NCBI GenBank assembly: GCA_001643675.2
Contig: LSRY02000004.1
Span: forward strand, 1,674,001-1,738,000
DNA length: 64,000 nt
Direction of reading: 5' to 3'
DNA from: Monocercomonoides exilis PA203
Taxonomy: Eukaryota > Protista > Preaxostyla
Shown: piece by piece, positions 51,996-64,000 of the stretch
Numbering within the stretch: position 1 is the first letter of the stretch
Layout: every line of letters begins with the position of its first letter
The notes under the pieces: model-generated
The model's database searches: none
Told to the model about the DNA's origin: nothing
Seen by the model: only the letters and a program-made list of their open reading frames with translations
Program-made: the position numbers and the translations under genes

Positions 51996-52349
51996 TAATG
52001 CTCTTCCATATTTTTTTTTACAATTTGCTTTATCACTATATTTTTCAAACTTTTCTTTTCTTTTATAAATTCAAACAAAAAGTTAAAACTGGCTTTCTCT
52101 TCAAATAATAATAACCCAACTCATTATCTCAAACAAAATTATTTGTTCTCTCCATTTATATTCTGTTTTTGCCAACTTCAAAAGGGAATCATTCTCCTCA
52201 ATTCAATTGAAGAAATGAAAAATGAATTTTTAAAAGGAGAAATGCTCAAATATCAAATTCTTAGTATAAAAACAACTTCTCGTTTTCCAAATATATATGT
52301 AACAAACTTTCTAAAACGCTTCTCTAAATATATCAATCTCAAATCATCC

Positions 52350-53313
52350 TCACTTTCCCTTTCCTCTTCCTCCTCTACCTCCTCTTCCTCCGCCACCTCT
52401 TCCTCCTCTCCCTCTTCCTCCACGTGTGCTCGAGGAAGATGAAGAGGACAGTGAAGAAGACGAAGAAGCAAGCGTCAACTGATGCTCTCCATGAGTCACT
52501 TTCGCAAGTTCTTGCATAAATTTATCATAATTCCCTGGAACGATGGATACATCCATTGTGCAGCCGTTATGATCCCATTTCTCTCTGCTTTTATCTGCCC
52601 ATTTCTTTATTATTCCCTGACTCTGTGCCACGTACGCGTGAGGAATAAACAACGATCCTTCCATGACATTTTTCTTCAATGGAAGAACACCCTTCATTTT
52701 ATCAACAACTTCTAATGCCTGATCTTCAGCATCTTTGAAAGGATCAACAATATACTTGTTTTAAAGGAAATAAAATATATATTTTCAAAAATAGAGAAAG
52801 CAAACTCTAAATGATTCCATTGCTGTTTCAAGACGTGTTATAGGATGCGGAAGGCTATTTGACGGATCAACATAATACGAATGAATAAAATTCAATATTT
52901 CTCTTCTTTTCTGTTCCACTTTTTCGCGACGTTCAGCAGTTGTAAGCGCAATTTCTCCTTTAGTAAGAATTTCTTTGATTGCATCTATTCCTTTTAAGCT
53001 TCCAACAACTGCTTCAATTTCACTTTCACTTGCTCTTTCCATTTTTGAATGATTTTTATAAATCTGGTCCAAAAATATTCAATTACTCAAATTTTTGAAA
53101 TAAATTGATACCTCTTCGCTCACAAGAACATTGTCAAGTCCGAGTTTGCCTTCTTTCCATCTGTTAAACATTAAATTTCAAGAATTGATAATTTACTTTG
53201 ATTCATGTTGAAACAAAAATAAATAACCGATTAACAGTTCCAGGTTTACATAAAACTTCTATTGATTTTCCTCCCTTTTTATACACACAAATTTGAAATG
53301 CTGGTGATGACAT
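52350..53313 (-). CDS. SBDS: SBDS/Sdo1-family ribosome maturation protein with C-terminal RGG tail
   Basis: Spliced MSSPAFQICVYKKGGKSIEVLCKPG..WKEGKLGLDNVL...EILTKGEIALTTAERREKVEQKRREILNFI..VDP..LPHPITRLE...VDPFKDAEDQA...VLPLK; ends RGGRGRGGRGGGGRGGRGGRGKGK. Confidence 0.88.
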
Positions 53314-53410
53314 TGGTAAATCTTTCTTCAAGAATAAAAAGATCTGTTGCATATTTATTTATTTCAAAAATATCGTCTATTTTGCTTTTGGCTTTTTTCG
53401 TCCATAAAGT
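53314..53410. promoter_or_regulatory. Putative bidirectional promoter (97 bp between divergent ATGs)
   Basis: SBDS-like ATG at 53313 (-) and RhoGEF ATG at 53411 (+). Confidence 0.55.
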
Positions 53411-56400
53411 ATGGACGAAAATTATCGTTCAGCAGGCAATATTATCTTTTCATGCTGGAAACGATACAAATTTAAAACATCATTGACAAAAGCATTTCAA
53501 CGTCAGAAGGATCGGAGATTGAAAGTTCTGGAACTTCTTGAGACAGAAAGGATTTATGTTGAATCGTTAAATACTGCACTTACAGTTTGATATTTTTAAA
53601 GAATTTTTTTGATGGAAAAATTGTTTTTTTAGTATTTTTACGATCCACTTTTATCACTTGCACAGCAAAACAAATTGGATATATCTGTTTCAACAATTTC
53701 TCAGATATTCCTGAATCTTCCATTGATTAAAAAAATACATACCGTCATCCTTCTGGATTTAGAAAATGAAATGTGCAAATTACCAGCTCAAAGAATGATT
53801 GGGAAATTGTTTTGTGGACTTGTTTGCTATGATATAACAAAAAAATATGTTTAAAATATAATTTTTTATTTTCAGTCTCCTTATCTTAAAATATATGTTG
53901 AATACATACAAGGGCAGGGACAAGCTTTGACACTTCTCGCTGATGCTATGCAAAAAAAGCGAAAGTTTGTTAGGGAAATAAATAACATAAACCAGAAATG
54001 GGAAGAAGAGAGGGAAGAATGGCTTGAGATGGTAAGAGAAAATCAGGGAATGGAGCCTCCGGGAATGGTTGAACCACCTGCTTCTTTGCTTGATCTTTCT
54101 GCGTACCTTGTGAAGCCATTTCAAAGACTTGCAGCATACAATCTTCTTCTACCTTCAATCCTGAAACTGACTGTTCCTCCCTCAGATGACGATAAAGAAG
54201 CAGATTACTATCATTTAGAGCGTGCAGCAACGATGATGCGAGACACCATCGACTTTATCAACAACTCCGTGAAGAGGAAAGAAAGAATCCAAAAAGTGTC
54301 TTTCTTCAACAGCTCGATCCAATGGGACAAGTGGAAAAAAAAGAAAGAGCAAGGAAAGGGGCGCGGGAAAGGCACAGTGATCGGGTGGAGGAGCATCGAC
54401 GACAACGACGCCAGCGAGCTGGAAGCAGGCGACGGAGAAGGCGACGGAGACGTGGACATGGAGAACTACTCAGTGGTGAAGAAGATTGAGCACATAGGAA
54501 GAACCTCAATTCGGCTGGTGCGCAACGAGTTCGAGCTGATCAAGCCGTACCGGCTATTTGTGACAGAGGCGGATGTGATGAAGGTGAAGAAGACGTCCAT
54601 GTCGAAGCGGAAGGTGCTTCTATTCTCAGACATCATTTTGGTGGCAGAAAAAGTCCCGCTCAGCGAAAAGTATCTGCTTTCCTTTGCAGCGACACTCGCA
54701 GAATTGCAGTTTCTTTCTGTGGGAGAACGGAAGAAGATGGAAGAGGTGTGGACGAGGGAGAGGAAGAAAATGAGAACTGGGCTGGAAGAAAACAAGGATG
54801 AGGGGAAGGAGGCAAGCAAAGAAAAGGAAAAGAATCAAAAGGAGAAAAGAGCAAGCAATGAAAAGAAAAGCAATGAAACAGAGGAAGTTTCTGTGTTTCA
54901 AGCAAAAGATGTTCTCAAAAATGAGAAAGAAGAAAAATCAAAATGTGAAGATGATGACGCCTTTCTGTTGGAAGAAAGTTCGAGTGATTCAGATGCTGAT
55001 GAAAATGAAGTTTGTTTAGCAAGAGAAACTGAAGAAAAGAATAAAGACAAAGCCTTGACAACAGATTTGCTGGAGGCCTCAAAAATGAATGATTCTTCTT
55101 CTTCTTCTTCTTCTTCTTCTCCAGGCAACTGTGAAGATAAAAAGATTTGTAAAAAAGATAACATTTCAAATGAGGAAGAAATCAATGCACGGGAAAAAAA
55201 CAATGAGACAAGCAACAACTCAGGATCAAAGAGAGTGGAAAACATTGAAGCAAATGTGAACAATGATAACAGCACAAAGAACGACGAAGAAAAAGAGATA
55301 CAAAACATTAAAGCCTCAGAAGAAGATGATACCGAGACTGCTTTTTCACCTGCTGTTTTATCTTCGAATTCTCCATCGGCTAAGCTTGAGGCAAAATCTG
55401 TGAATGAACAAAATCCTTTGATATCAACGCTTTCATCTTCAACTGATTCGTTCAATCCATCTTTTTCCTCCTCTTTTTCTCTTCCATCCAACGAAATCAC
55501 TGACTCAAAACAAAAATCAACAAAAAAACCTTCCAATTCCTCTTTTGCTTCTGCCCCTTCTTTCACCTGCTGCGAAGTGGGTCCTCTCTTTTCTCGCTAT
55601 TTCCTTGTCCTCTTTTTCACGTCTGAGCGGACGATGCTGCTCGATTTCATGTCTGAAAGCGCGCGAGCAGGCTTTCTGCAGACGCTGTCTGAGACGCAGC
55701 AGGACTGGAAGGCGCGCAAAGACAGACTGAAGCAGCAGAAGCTGAAGGCCCGCAGTGACACACCCGCTGCCGTTCCACCAAGGCGCTTTGGAACGAGAAC
55801 TGAAGAGAAGAATTGCCTTTTGGCGCAGCCGCTGCTTGTGGAGCAGAAGAAGCCATTTGCGTCTGGTGACTCTCAAAAACAAGCGCAAGATACCATTCAT
55901 ACAGTTGATAGTTTTGCTGACAATCAAAATGATCAGCAACAACTCACAAACGAAGATGAGAGCCAATCAAATGAGTCAGTTGATGAAAGTTCAATGCCTT
56001 TTAATAGAACTCAGATGCTCCTTGAAAATGCTTCTTTCAATTACAAATCACAGAATTCAGCGGAGGATCAGTCACGTTCTCTCAAAAACGAAGAAAACCA
56101 ACCCAACTCGATTGAGGAAACCAGCATTGATTCAATTCCTTCAAATACAATTTCTCAACAACAGTCATTTAATAGCAATAGCACCTTTTCTCAACCATCA
56201 TCTGCACTCAACATTTCTCCTCTGATTTCCAGTGCGTTAGACAATCCCACTGCAAACATGCCGGCTGTTTCTCCCTTTCTTCCCTTTCGGAAATCGAAAA
56301 TGCGTCGATCGCGCACGTTTTCTGGGCGGACGCACTCAAATCTGCTGATGGCTATTCGGTCAGAGCTGAGGGCAGCTGAGTTTCCAGATGCTTGCAAAGC

Positions 56401-58771
56401 ATCAAGGACACTTGAGTCGCCTGAAAGGAACTTGCAAAGGCAGCGCCAACCACCACCTCCACCGCCTCCTCCACCCCCACCTCCTCCTAATCCACCTAAT
56501 CGATGTGCTAATCAGCCTTCTTCTCCTCCACCACCTCCCCCGCCTCCGCCGCCTCCTCCACATCCGCCAAAGAACAAATCATTCAACCTGACAACGACTT
56601 TCCAGCAATTCCATTCAAATGGACCAGACATCAATGGATTCACCACTCTATATCAATCTCCCACAGCATTTCCTCAGCCGCCGCGGATGCCTCTTTCTTC
56701 GTTCTCGACCACACAAAAGCAGCTGATACAATCTCGATTGGGGCGATCATACACTGCAGTACCTCGTTCTGGCTGCAACTCTTCATTCAATTCAGCAAGC
56801 AACATTTCTCCTAAACTGCAACCTGACACAAAAGCTAACACGTCGCTTGCTTCTGTAAATACACCTCAATGTATACCTCAACAACTATCAGCATCGACAT
56901 ATTCCACTTCAGCTTCTGTTTCTGCTTCTGCTTCAGCACATTCACCTTCACCTTCACTCTCGTCTTCATCCATTCCAGAAATGTCATTCACAATTCAACC
57001 ACCATCCGAAAGATACACAACACCATCCTTCACACCCTCCCTACTTTCTTCCACTTCATCTTCATTAGCTTCCCAGATCCCTTCAGCTTCCCCTCTTCCC
57101 TTCTCTTTCTTCGGCATCACACATCCGTTCATTCCCCCGCGTAACGCTTTTCTCTGGCGGCGCTTTCTGCCGTCGCAGTCCTTCGCTGTTGACTGGGAGC
57201 AGTGGATGGACGAGAAGAAGGAGAAAGAGAGAGAGAGAATGCTGAAGAGGACTTACAGCAGCGCTGCCTCTCTGGAAAGCCAGTTCCGCCGGCATGATCA
57301 GCAACAGCAGCGCTCGGCGCTTCATTCGTCTTCTTTGTCTGCATTTCAGTCAGCTCCTTCCACTTCAATGAGCGCTTCTTCGCCATTGTCTTCATCTGTC
57401 AATTCTTCGGGTTTCTTTCGTTCTCCACTTGCGCAGTCAACTTCATCATCACATCCTTTACCTCTATCAGCAATGCAAGCAACCACACCTCAAGGAAAAT
57501 CATCTTTGTCCTCGTCTCAAGTTGCCTCATCTTCTGCTGCTGCTTCAAATCAATCAAGCAGCCCAGCTCGCAGTCTTCTTTCATCACCTTTCTCAGAGTC
57601 GAGCAACAATCAGTAAAAACAGGAGAATTCTCGAAAACCAATTCCTTCGTTCTCTTCGCGTCCTTCACAAAATCTGACAGAAAAGCCTAATGAAGGCCGG
57701 TCTGGAGAAAAGAACCCAACTGATGAAAGCGAATTATTGCCAGCTTCAGAGAAATCTGTATCACAATCTCCAATTCAAGAAGATAATGTCACAGTTATGA
57801 ATACTTTAACTGATCAAAATCAGTCAGCCACTTCAGATTCTCCTTTGTTGGCTGTTGAATCTGCAGTTGAGACTGAATCCTCACAAAAATCATCATCGAA
57901 TCCCTGTTTATCTGAAAATGGTGATTTTTCTCTTTCATTTCCTGCTTCAGAGACAGCAGATGCTTCAACAAAGTTTAATAAGGTTGAAGTTTCGACTCAT
58001 GTTGATGCGAATAGAACAGAAAATTCTATTAATTCAGCCATCACTTCAACTCCTTCATTTAAAAGTTCATATAAAGAAGATTCTCTTTTTAAAGCTTTAC
58101 AAAAGCCTTCGTTTTCTCAATCAAATGTTACTCAGCCAAGGCAAAACATTCAATCAGAACCAAATTCGATGAATGTTGAATCATCCAGCAAAAACTGTGT
58201 TATTCACTCTCCAATGAAAAGTTGTGAGCCATCGTCATCGTTATTATCAACGTTAACAATGGCTGAGAAATTCACAAAGTCCTCTTCAAAGAACGCTGAT
58301 GCATTAAAAGATGAGCTTCCCCAAACGCAACACTCAGGAATTGCAGCAGCCAATTCAAATATTCAGCTGCTTGTAAACAAGCAGACAATCATCGGCGATT
58401 CAGAAAAAGCTGATAAAGAAACATCAAAAGCATTAATTCCAAAAGCATCAGCGCCACATGAAAGCAGAAGCGAGCCTAAGCAACTTCAGACTCCTCCACT
58501 CCTCCACTCTGCCTCTTCTGCCAAGGAACCATCAGCTGCTTTGTCAAACGAATCAGTTGCTGCCGTCCATCCTAAACAGCTTTCATCCACCAAGCATTCA
58601 AAGCCAGAAACGAGATTTGCACCAAATTCGAAGCAGTTTTCAAGCACTCAAAGTTCACATGCATATCCATCTGTACTAAACAATTCAAAAGAATTGCAGA
58701 CATCTGTTAATAGCTCGTCTACATCTCGTGTGAAGGATTTGATTGCACGCTATAATTCTTCTTCTCATTGA
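53411..58771 (+). CDS. Dbl-family RhoGEF (DH-PH) with poly-Pro and Ser-rich tail; one in-frame TAA at 57614-57616
   Basis: Exon 1 RRLKVLELLETERIYVESL. LSAYLVKPFQRLAAYNLLL..ILKLT..DYYHLERA (DH); RKVLLFSDIILVA (PH); PPPP tracts. ORF 57737-58771 is in the same frame. Confidence 0.88.
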
Positions 58772-59529
58772 TGCAGTTATTTGTTATATGTATTTGTTTG
58801 TGTTGATTTCAACTTCGAATATTTTGAAAGATTTTATTTCTTTACATTTGTTTTAAATTGTCTAATAAAATTTTCATTTGTTACATAATTGAATATTTTC
58901 TCAAAAATGCAAAGGAATAAAAGCTTGGAAAAGCTAATTTTGATTTAGCCTTATTCGTTAAAAGCAAATCTTTTCGAGTGTTATGGATTATTTATTGTTC
59001 CATGAAAAAAAGAAAAAAGAAATGAATAAATAAAAAAGAAACAAAAGTTTCATCCAGAAAAAATTAAATTCTATTTTTGCATTTTTCAAAATAACCAAAA
59101 GAAGGTGATATTAGTTGTTTCAAGAAAGAGAATTCTTTTTTTTCAAATAATCAAAGAAAAAATGAAGTAAAATGAAAACAATTACATTATTAACTAAAAG
59201 ATAAAAAATTGATCAATTAGTTATTTCGCAAAGAAAAGATTTTCAAATTCTATTTCTTTCAAATAACGAACAATTGCGGACTGCAGCAGGATCGATAGGC
59301 TTTTCACTTTAAAAGTGATGAGTAAAAAGACAAAAAGCAATGATATGACCATTTTATTGTAACACATTTAACATTCTTCAAGGCTTTGCGTACTGGATGC
59401 TTTTTTCTTTTCTTCTATTTTACAGATGTCTTTTCATTTTGAATGTAACTCACAGTCTCTATATGCACTGTATTCATCTCTAAGACCAATGAACAATGAT
59501 TGCTATGAATACTAAAATTGTGGAGAAGC

Positions 59530-61037
59530 TCAGCTCCTTGGCATATTAAAGATCAGACGCTGATAAGTTTCAAGAAAGCTAATTCAACCAAATTAAAAAA
59601 GAAAGAGAGTTATTGAATGAAATAAAATAATAACAACAATAAACTGTTAAACGAAAATAACTTTGTTGAAATCAAACTTTAAGATATCGTGCAGCGTTTC
59701 CGTTAATTGTGTAGTGTACTCTTTTTTCTGGAAATCTGGATGATTTGCAAAGATGTACGGAAGCTTAATGAAAAGACGCAGTAAATGCTCACCTCCATAC
59801 ACATCACTGAAGTTTGTAGACGTTTGTGGTATCTTTTCTTGTAGTGAAGAAAAAGAAGAACTTGCGGAAGGGGAAGATGCTGAAGAAGTGGAAGGCGTAG
59901 AGGATGCGGACGAAGAAGGTAATAATGCATTTAAATCATCTTTTTCTTGAGCATCTGCTTTTCTCTCTTGCTTATGTGTCATTATTCTCTTGTTTCTTTC
60001 GAGTATCGCTGAAACCTCAGAGTACAGAGTATATTCCACCTCAGTCAGAAGTACAGGTCCCAAACAAAGATTAAAGTAATCCTTAAGACATTCAACTATT
60101 CGAAAGCAATCACTAAAATTCCGATCTAGCATGTTGAAAGCATTGTCAGAATGCGAATTGATTGCTAATTTGATGCTAATAGATTCCGCGATTGAAATTG
60201 TTTCTTTTTTTGCTTTCAATTGCAGATACAGAAGATATGAATCTAAAATTGTTTCAACTGAAGGATTTCGAGGCAAAAACGTTTGCTTTCGTTCATATAT
60301 GTTAATGTCAAGTTTATAAAATTGATTAGATAAAAAAGAAAGAAAGAAAGAAAGAAAAAGCACAGAAAAAACACAAAAAAAATAAAATTTCACAAAAGGT
60401 TGAACATGAAAATTTTGAAAAGGTTGTTCAATAATAAAAATCTTACCGTCTCTTTTGATAAAGCAAAAAAATCTTGAACAACTTGCTTTCTAAGGCAAGA
60501 TGGAATGGCCAAATCAAAAATTTCTGAACGCCTAAAGTGATTAATACTTGCTATAACTTGTGAATCTGCTTTGAATGTTGTATTTCTTTCTAGAAATCCA
60601 TCCTTTGCTGGAATGAGAGAATTATTACCCGTTGATGCAGTTTGATAGCAATAAACAAATCAATGAGTGCTATTAAGAAAAAATAACAAAAACATACATC
60701 TAACATCTTTGCGCATCTTTGATGATTTTTCCTTTTGGGAATATTTTTCTTCTTCCACTTCAAATTCTTCTGTTTTTTTTCCATATTTTTGTGATTTTTG
60801 CAAAGAAGCCTGCTTATTTGCTTCAGAAAACAATTTTTTGACAAGTAATTCATTTTCAGGCGTGTATTTTAACAAAGACTTAGCATTTTTCCATTCGTCA
60901 TGCTTTGAAGACCAATTTGTATAATGAAGCCGATATTCTGTTATTCCGCAAACTTCTCGAACGTCCACAATAACTGCTCTGTAATAGAAGTCCCTTGATT
61001 TTCCAAATACAGTTTCTTTTTTTCCAAATGTCTCCAT
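59530..61037 (-). CDS. EAF3: MRG15/EAF3-family chromatin protein (chromo-barrel plus MRG domain)
   Basis: YYRAVIVD...YRLHYTNWSSKHDEW...LLKYTPEN; LPRNPSVETILDSY, LKDYFNLCLGPVLL..E and SDVYGGEHLLRLFIKLP. Last exon FLETYQRLIFNMPRS*. Confidence 0.9.
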
Positions 61038-61619
61038 CTTTGTTTCATATAGATCATCACCCAATATAGAAAGAAAGAAAAATTTAATTCATATTTTTGA
61101 ATGATATATGAAATATCATTGTTTTATATGAAATCATAAATAAAAATGAAACATGTTGTTTGATGTAAAGAGAAATACGAAACATGTTTGTTTGATTTTT
61201 TAAGCAATACAAATAAAAAGTGTTTTGACAGTTGAAGTCATTTGATGAATTTTGAATAGAATTTTTCTATTTGAATAGATTCAACTTATTTGAATGAACT
61301 GGGTTTTTCTTAAATGAAGTTATGTTATTTTAAATGGTTGAAGTGACACTTGAATAAAGTGCGATGCACTTAAATAAATAGTTTTTGAAAAAGTGGTGAA
61401 TTCTAATGATTATATTTTTTTGTTATTTCTCTTAAATTATTAGCAAAAAAATTGAAAAATTATTAAAAACTAAGTTTTTTCTTTATTCTTTAACACTATT
61501 TGCAATATGTTTTAAGAAGCTATTATAAAACAAATACAGCGTGAAATGAATGCAATTATCGTTTTGTTATCATTATTCGGTTCTATTCCGACTTTTTTAT
61601 TTTTCATTTGATCATCGAA

Positions 61620-64000
61620 TAATTTTGTATCTTAAACAAAAGTTTGCTTCTGTTGATGTTCGTGTTGATATCTTCCACCAAGATATTCAATATCTCTGAA
61701 GCGCACAGCTGAATTCGCAGGTTAATGCAGCTTTCTCCTTCGTAGCTTTCTCCAATATGTGGATATAATCAATTTTTATTTATAGTTATCTTTCTCAAAG
61801 CTACTCGAATTTCTTCTTCATTGCATTCTTCTCCGCTCTCCACCATTTCTGGTCTGTTGATTTCTTTGTCGTTCACATTCAAATGCCTTCGGATGCATCG
61901 ATATTATGTCATCAGCTATCTCCTTGTATTTTCTAGCTTCTTCTTTAACCCTTCTCATCGGATGGTTGCAATGATAAATGCAATCAGAACAATTAATAAT
62001 GTCACAACGAATTAAATGATTTCAATCAATGCCCAAGATGATTTTCCTTCTTTCCCACTATCGGTTATTCTATCATCACATTTTGGTTCAAACTCACTTG
62101 CATTCTTCAGAATGAATGTATGTTCCGAAGAAGGCGAATAAATCTTTCCAAACTAAAACTTCATGCACATTTACGTTTCCTCAGATGCATTGAAACAATT
62201 GTTTCTAAAATGGCTGCATGAATCTCTGTTTTACCTGCAAACTCTCCTGCTTGTAGCGAACACACCTGGAGATTGTGAACCTAGCCATCGAAGGAATCAA
62301 CCTGGATGGATAAGCCACAGGGCAGGAGCAAGGATCCAGCAAGATCAATTGCGAGGGTGTTTCCTCACTGGCGAGACTTTTCTGAAGCCAGCTTCGGAAT
62401 GAAGAATAGAGAGGCCTTTCTGAAACAATTCCAGAAAGACTGCATCCCAAGTTCAATACCCAAAGTGATGAGTTCTCTTTTAAGCCATCTCCACCTTTCA
62501 GGCTTTGAATGTTCAGTAGCGCATGGTCTGAACAGACGATGTTGTTTCTCATGAATGGATAGCATGCGACATTCGGGCTGTAATTGGTAAACAATTCAAA
62601 TTGTGCGGAGATGCTTCTTTCTGGCACAGATAACCCTCCTTTTAATGAATTGGTGATTGTTTTGTTTTTCATTGCTCCTGAACAATTGGAAAGATCGATC
62701 ATGGAGCCAAACCACTTGACCAAATCTTTGAATAAATTTGTGTTGGATCTGGGCTGTTGCGGGAAAGTTTTTCCATCGAATGAACATGAAGATAAGATAA
62801 CAACATTCAAATCTGCCAACCCTTCGATGATCCCTTTTTCAGGTGGAGAAGCACACTTTTTGTTCGAGCTGTTTTCCAATTCCAGTAACAAAGACGAAGA
62901 CGAAGCAGCCAAGCAGCACTGGCCAAGCGAATTTTGGGTTATGTTTTGAAATGAAGACTGCTACAAATGGAATATCGAAGCATTCGATGTCACTCTCACT
63001 GCACACCCATCCCCAAACACGGTGTGTGAAACAGCCAAGAAATTCATCTCAACATCCGAATCTTGGCATTCAACTGAAACCAACGATTCACTTGAAACGC
63101 GAGAATCATCGAATTCCAAATAAATGCCCTGGATGTTTGAATGCCCTCCAGAACCATCTGAGGAAAACACAATCACGCTTGATCCGCTCTGAGTGTCTCT
63201 CATCTGAATGTTCTGGAGCTGGCAGTATTTGCAGTTGCGAAGAATGAGGCCTGATCGCTGAGCGCTGCTATTGGATGCATGCACCTGCTGCATGAACAGC
63301 TTTGCTTGATCGTGGAAATTCAACAACACTCCAGATATAACATCTGTGAAATTCAGAAATGCACACGAGAAATATTGCCCACAACTTGCTGCCAGGCATG
63401 AAGAACTGAGATGGAGGTCAGCAAAAGTGCAGTCAGACATCGTCAATCTTCCACGACTCATTTCAACAATCGAGCAATTCAGTTCAATTTCAGATCCTCC
63501 ACCAGAAGCTTCTTGAGCAAAGATTGTGTCTGCAATCGACGAGTTATTATCAGTTCGCGGTAATAAACTGGAGTGCAGAGAAGAAAAAACTCTTCCAAAC
63601 AAAAAGGAAAGAAATTCGATTTTGACTCTCAACTGGCACGAAATGAGACTGCTCGCCTTGCTATCAATGCTGCCGTTCAGCATAATATTCCCCCTTACGC
63701 CTTCCGCAACCAGCGATTTGACCGTAATATCATGCGTACTTGCTTCACCAGAGACCAGAGAAATCTCATCTACGAGCAAGTTGCTGTAAACAGAAGGAAT
63801 GATGTGGGGCGGCGAAGCATTCAAAGAAATATAAGGCTCGCTCATTTCCCCACACTGGCGCGAATCAGAGGCATTGAAGGCTGAAGAAGATGCAAATATT
63901 GTCTCCCTCTGACATGCAATCACGACGAGCAAGAGATCTTGCTCGTCAGCATGGTTTTGTGCAGTGCATCCCCAAATGGCGAGCTCCTGATTGAATAATG
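61620..64000 (-). pseudogene. Heavily degraded paralog of the surface receptor/pseudokinase family, running off the window end
   Basis: RNNIVCSDHALLNIQSLKGGDGLKENSSLWVLNLGCSLSGI matches RRNVICTGNGELNVVSVKGGDGAKDNSSLWILNDGCDLRGI. DSRQCG motif; TM relic near 61960-62040; many stops and frameshifts. Confidence 0.85.

Noticed and set aside
1-64000. Non-standard genetic code (TAA/TAG = Gln) as an explanation for in-frame stops
   Set aside because: Conserved genes end exactly at TAG/TAA (e.g. Tubby at 5486), multi-kb ORFs are open in the standard code, and the interrupting stops include TGA and cluster in TE-damaged genes.

Overview
AT-rich eukaryotic DNA with short GT-AG introns (many GTTTG donors) and the standard genetic code. 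It is most consistent with an oxymonad/metamonad protist such as Monocercomonoides (inference from gene families and style). Housekeeping genes read from the sequence: a giant coiled-coil protein followed by a spliced Tubby-domain gene, a very large myotubularin-like pseudophosphatase, an EFCAB10-like gene, tRNA-Leu(UAA), an importin-alpha-like gene, an NHL-repeat gene, an SBDS-like gene, a DH-PH RhoGEF and MRG15/EAF3. The accessory block at about 13.3-40 kb is the highlight. A ~2,500-codon surface-receptor pseudokinase gene (13341-31414) is split by two pogo-type (DD35D) DNA transposons. One is a decayed 2.8-kb element. The other is a 7.66-kb element with near-perfect 41-bp TIRs, an exact TA duplication, an intact intron-containing transposase and ~5 kb of captured host-gene cargo (a decayed O-fucosyltransferase-like gene plus a receptor-family fragment), i.e. 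a cargo-carrying 'Pack-pogo'. Downstream are a hAT transposase relic bracketed by two related MITEs, a long-TIR foldback MITE, and further receptor-pseudokinase relics. All family assignments are by eye from motifs; no searches were run.
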